A stretch of 64,000 bases of DNA from the human T2T-CHM13v2.0 reference genome, Homo sapiens, in NCBI RefSeq assembly GCF_009914755.1, contig NC_060929.1; one strand, written 5' to 3'. Shown in pieces: positions 59,035 through 64,000 of this stretch. The translations under genes and the position numbers were made by a program. A model generated the notes under the pieces. The model had not been told where the DNA came from. It made no database searches and was given only the letters and a program-made list of their open reading frames with translations. Position 1 is the stretch's first letter, and each line of letters starts with the position of its first letter.

Positions 59035-59775
59035 TGTAACCACCTAACAGGTTATTTCTGCCCACTGCACAAGCAAAATCAATTCATGGCATTGTGGTGA
59101 AGAAAGTGTTTAATTGATGCAAGGCCAGTCATGCCATGTGGTCAAACTAGGATGGAGATATTACTCAAATCAATCTCATCAAAGGCTTGTTGGTTAGGGG
59201 TTTTTCAAAGGCAGTTTTGGGGAAGGGATTGGGCTGACCAGACCAGGTGCTTGCTGCTGATTGTTTGGGTTGGAGATGAAATCATATGGAGTTGAAGCTG
59301 TCCTCTTGTGCTGAGTCACTTCTGTGGGGCCACAGGAGTGGTTGGTGGGTCCATATGGGTCCAAGTGAAGCCATCGGTGTCAGACATGCAAAAAACCTGA
59401 AAAGATATCTCAAAAGGCTAATCTTAGGTTCTACAATAGTGATGTTATCTGCATGAGTAATTGGGGGAGTTGCATATCTGTGACCTCTGGAATAATGGCT
59501 GTCAATCATTTATATCCACACCTTAGCAGAATTCAGGCTCTTCTCCTCCTCCTAAGTCTGGTGGTTTCTCATTAGCTTTACAAAGGTGACTGAGTTTTGG
59601 GAAAGATTATTATCATTTAAACTACAAACTAAATGTCTCCCAAAGCTAGCCAAGACTAAGCCCAGGAATAATTAAGGCAGCTTGAAGGCTAAAGGCAAGA
59701 GGGAGGTTGGCTAGATCAGATGTCCCCCACTGCCATAATTGTCTCAGTGATATAATTTTTGCAAAGGTGGTTTTA
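59035..59775 (-). mobile_element. Solo ERV1 LTR, LTR8-like
   Basis: Minus strand begins taaaaccacctttgcaaaaattat, resembling the LTR8 start, and ends ...ggttaca. 4-bp TSD taat on both sides; interrupts collinear L1. Confidence 0.75.
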
Positions 59776-59859
59776 TAATGACCTTCTTTGTCTTTTTCTT
59801 TTTTTTAACTGTTGTTGCTTTAAAGTCTGTTTTATTTAATATAAGAATAGCCACTCCTA

Positions 59860-60752
<893 letters not shown>

Positions 60753-62369
60753 CATGTGTGTGTGTTATTGTTTTATAGGCCCTGTGAGTTTTATGCTTTC
60801 AAGAGGTTTTATTCTGATGCATGTCAACTTTTGGTTTCAAGATTTAGAAGTCCTTTTAGAATTTTGTGTATGGCTGGTCTGGTAGTTACAAATTCCTTCA
60901 TCATTTGCTTGTCTGGAAAAGACTTTATTTCTCTTTCATTTATGAAACTTAGTTTTGCTGGACACAAAATTCTTGACTGACACTTATTCTGTTTAAGGAG
61001 GCTAAAGATTGGACCCCAATCCCTTCTGGCTTGTAAGGTTTCTGCTGAGGGGAAGATTTTTATCAATGACATAAATGTGTGATGATGGAAACAATCCAGT
61101 GGGAAGAGAAAATTGATGCAGGAGAGAAGAAAGAAAGCTTTTTTGGAGGGCTGCTCTTTAGTATATGAGAGTAGATGGAATCTATTCAACATGTAAAGGA
61201 GTCTTAGCTAGGCCTTAGATAGGAGTAGGAATTGTTTATCCAAAGTAAAATGAAGGAAGAGAGATTCCAGTAGGTTGGAAGACATGGTGGGAAGGACTTG
61301 AGGAAATTCTCCTCTATTGCTTATTTTACTCAATAAAGTAGGAAGCAAGGTTACCAGCTGTGAATGAGGAGTGGAAGAAGGCATTAGAGACTTGATGAGA
61401 GAAAAGAAGCCATGAAAGAGTTATACAAAAGTGTATGAGGTTTATTGGACTAGGGAAAGTATGTCTGCCAGGCGCTTTAAAGGGCCAACTGAAGTTAGTG
61501 ACCAGAAATTCAAAGTGAGACAAGCCATTATGTCCAACAGCATGGGTGCAGGCAGAGAGTAGTGGGAAGCTGGATTTAACCAGAGTCATGGTTTAGCAAA
61601 GTGAACTCAACAACCTGGGAGAGAGACAGGGGAACTTAGGGAGTGCCCGAAGGCATGATAACATTAATAGAGATCCTCCTCCAGTGAATGTCACCAGCCT
61701 CCCAGTTGCTCAACTGAGAAACCTTGACCTTTTCCTCAACCCCTAACACCCAAACACCAAGTGGTATTGATTTCACTTCCTAAATATCTCCTCCTTTCCT
61801 CATTGGATTAAGCTACTGTAATTTGTCTTCATGTTTATATCATTTCCCCCATAGCAGCCAGAGGTGATGTTTTAGAAATTACAAGCCTGATCATGTAACT
61901 ACCTACTTACAAGCTTCCAGCAGCTTCTTTTTTTTTTTCAAGTGGCAGTTTTAAGTTTGTGGGTTTTTAATTTATATATGTGAAATACCTTTTTATAGGC
62001 AAAAATAATAATAGCATGCTTCTTACTGCCCTTAATGTGAAATGACTCACAAGACCTTGGTGTGGCCAACTCTCCAGCCTCTTTTTTGGCTTATATTTTT
62101 CCTTCTTCCCCATATGCCAGCCCTACTTTCTTCTTTCAATTCTTCAAAGTCAGTCATCTCTGAGGGTGCATATACCCCCAGAGAATGCCCAAGATGATTC
62201 ACTGGGATGAGGAAAAAAAATACTAGAACTTCCTTTTATATTTATTTGTGATTATATATTTTTAATTTCTGTGATTATATGTATTGAAAATGTGTAAATC
62301 AGTAGTACATGGATACACTTTATAAATACATATACATATATTAGAGTAGTGCTCAAAAATGTTTTATTA

Positions 62370-62960
62370 TGCACATGCAGTTGTAAGAATATGTACAGAG
62401 ACCACATGTACCATTTACCCAGTTTCACACAAACTTGCATCTTGCAAAACTATAGTCATAACCTTGATATTAATATTGATCTAATTCACTGATCTTATTA
62501 AGATTTTCCCAGTTCTTGTATTCATGCATGTGTATGTATTTTAACTCTATGGAATGTTATCACATAAATAGGTTGTTATATTCCCCACCACAGTAAAGAT
62601 ACAGGACAAGTCCATTATCACAAGGGCCCTTCAAGTGGCTCTTCTGTAGCCACCTCCTAACCCCCTATACCCTGTCCCTGACTCCTGCCAGCCACTAATC
62701 CGTTCTCCATTTCTATAATTTTGTCATTCCAAGAAAATTATATACAAGAAATCATACAGTAGTAACCTTTTAGGATTGGCATTTTTCACTCACCATACTT
62801 CTCGGGCAATTCATCTAAACTGTTGTATCAATAGTTGGTTCATTTTTATTGCTGAGTGGTATTCCACGTATGAAGGTACCACAATTTGTTTAACCATTCA
62901 CCAGCTGAGGACATGTAGATTCTTTGCAGTTAGGAGCTATTATCAATAAAGCAACTAATG
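62370..62960 (-). mobile_element. Old L1M 3' fragment
   Basis: ccactaatccgttctccatttctataattttgtcattcc...tttttattgctgagtggtattcca. Confidence 0.6.
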
Positions 62961-63224
62961 ATGTTGAATATTAAAAAAATGCTTTATTGACAAAGGAAGC
63001 CAATCAAAAAAGCTTGTAGACCATAACCCTAATGTTTCAGGTCTTTCCTACCTCAAGATCTTCTGTCCTACCCATCCCTACTTTTAGAACCTCTCCCTAC
63101 TTTTCTCTAGCTAACTCTTGGACTCCAGAGAAAGTGTTAAAAGTCTTCCCTAACCCCCAGACCAGGAGTACATCCCCCTGTTTTATGCTCCTAATGCTCC
63201 TGGCACTTTTCCCCCTAAGCCCAC

Positions 63225-63525
63225 TGTACCTGATATTTTCTATCTGCCCCTCCAGATCTACTCTCCACCCTTCTTCATTCTGCTCTCAGCCCAGGACTAC
63301 ATCAAATCTCCTTAGTCCTCTGGGTTCCAGTTGACTTTGATCTCTAGGGAGCCCTTGCAGGGGAAGGAAGGAGAAGGAGGGCCTGATTTTATTCCCCCAG
63401 CCCCTCACGGTAAGGCTGACTCAGGCAACTTTTGTGTCTAGAAGGAAAGCCTCAGCTTCTCTCTACACAAAACTATCTTCCTAGGTTTTAATATCTGCTC
63501 CCTTCCCTTTGTCCCCTTGGTCCTG
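63225..63525. mobile_element. Old ERVL LTR fragment (LTR33-like)
   Basis: tatctgcccctccagatctactctccaccc...ctctgggttccagttg motif. Confidence 0.5.
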
Positions 63526-64000
63526 TAGACGTATTTTGCTTGGTCTAATCTAGGTTTTAAAATTTGAATTAGTTGTTGATACTTAATAATTGGAAGATTT
63601 TGCATAAAGTTTCAGATGTCTGGCTTCTCTTGAAAAAAAATCAGAAGGTTTGACAACACTGAGCCTCCATTCCAAATAGTAGCCATTGTGTGGCCTTGAG
63701 TAGAGCCACCCCTTCCACTGGGGCAGCTACTCTTAAGGATTCACCATCCCCACTAACTCCCTGTTCCATACAATAACCTTGCTTTGCTATTACCACCCTG
63801 GCACTAGGAGTCCTGGTTTAAAGAATGTGTTGCCCGCTAGGTGGGACCTGTGTCAGACTTCTCATCAGATTTGGAGAAAGGGCATGCTGGCCTCTCCCAT
63901 CTGTCTACTTCTCTCTGTCTCCCCTTGCACCACATAGAGCACCCTTTCTCTGGGGTTTCTATCATCCCCTCCTAGACTCCCACTTGCTCCCAGGCTTGCT

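Overview
Primate (human or great-ape-like) genomic DNA, very rich in Alu, L1 and LTR repeats. The only supportable protein-coding sequence is one + strand exon of the AMPK-related kinase gene NIM1K (exon 35911-36896, 694-nt leader, CDS 36605-36896, phase-1 donor). The rest of the window is best read as the flanking introns. Upstream lie three antisense retrocopies: BC200/BCYRN1 RNA (14883-15039), a 5'-truncated NDUFA12 copy (~16240-16648) and a full-length alpha-tubulin, TUBA1A-like copy (~22440-24102). Downstream, a full-length decayed L1PA (51419-57589, minus strand) sits inside an older L1 that also carries an LTR8-like solo LTR and two Alus. Nearly all other ORFs in the track are translations of Alu, L1 or simple repeats. 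I see no new multi-gene system. The most unusual signals are: (1) a complex templated insertion at 10023-10185 that copies 78 nt from an Alu 2 kb downstream into a THE1 LTR; (2) an L1 antisense-promoter/ORF0 remnant whose splice donor matches the NIM1K intron phase; (3) a uORF-dense NIM1K leader; (4) the BC200 retrocopy. Gene and repeat-family names come from recalled consensus sequences, not database searches, and most repeat boundaries are approximate.
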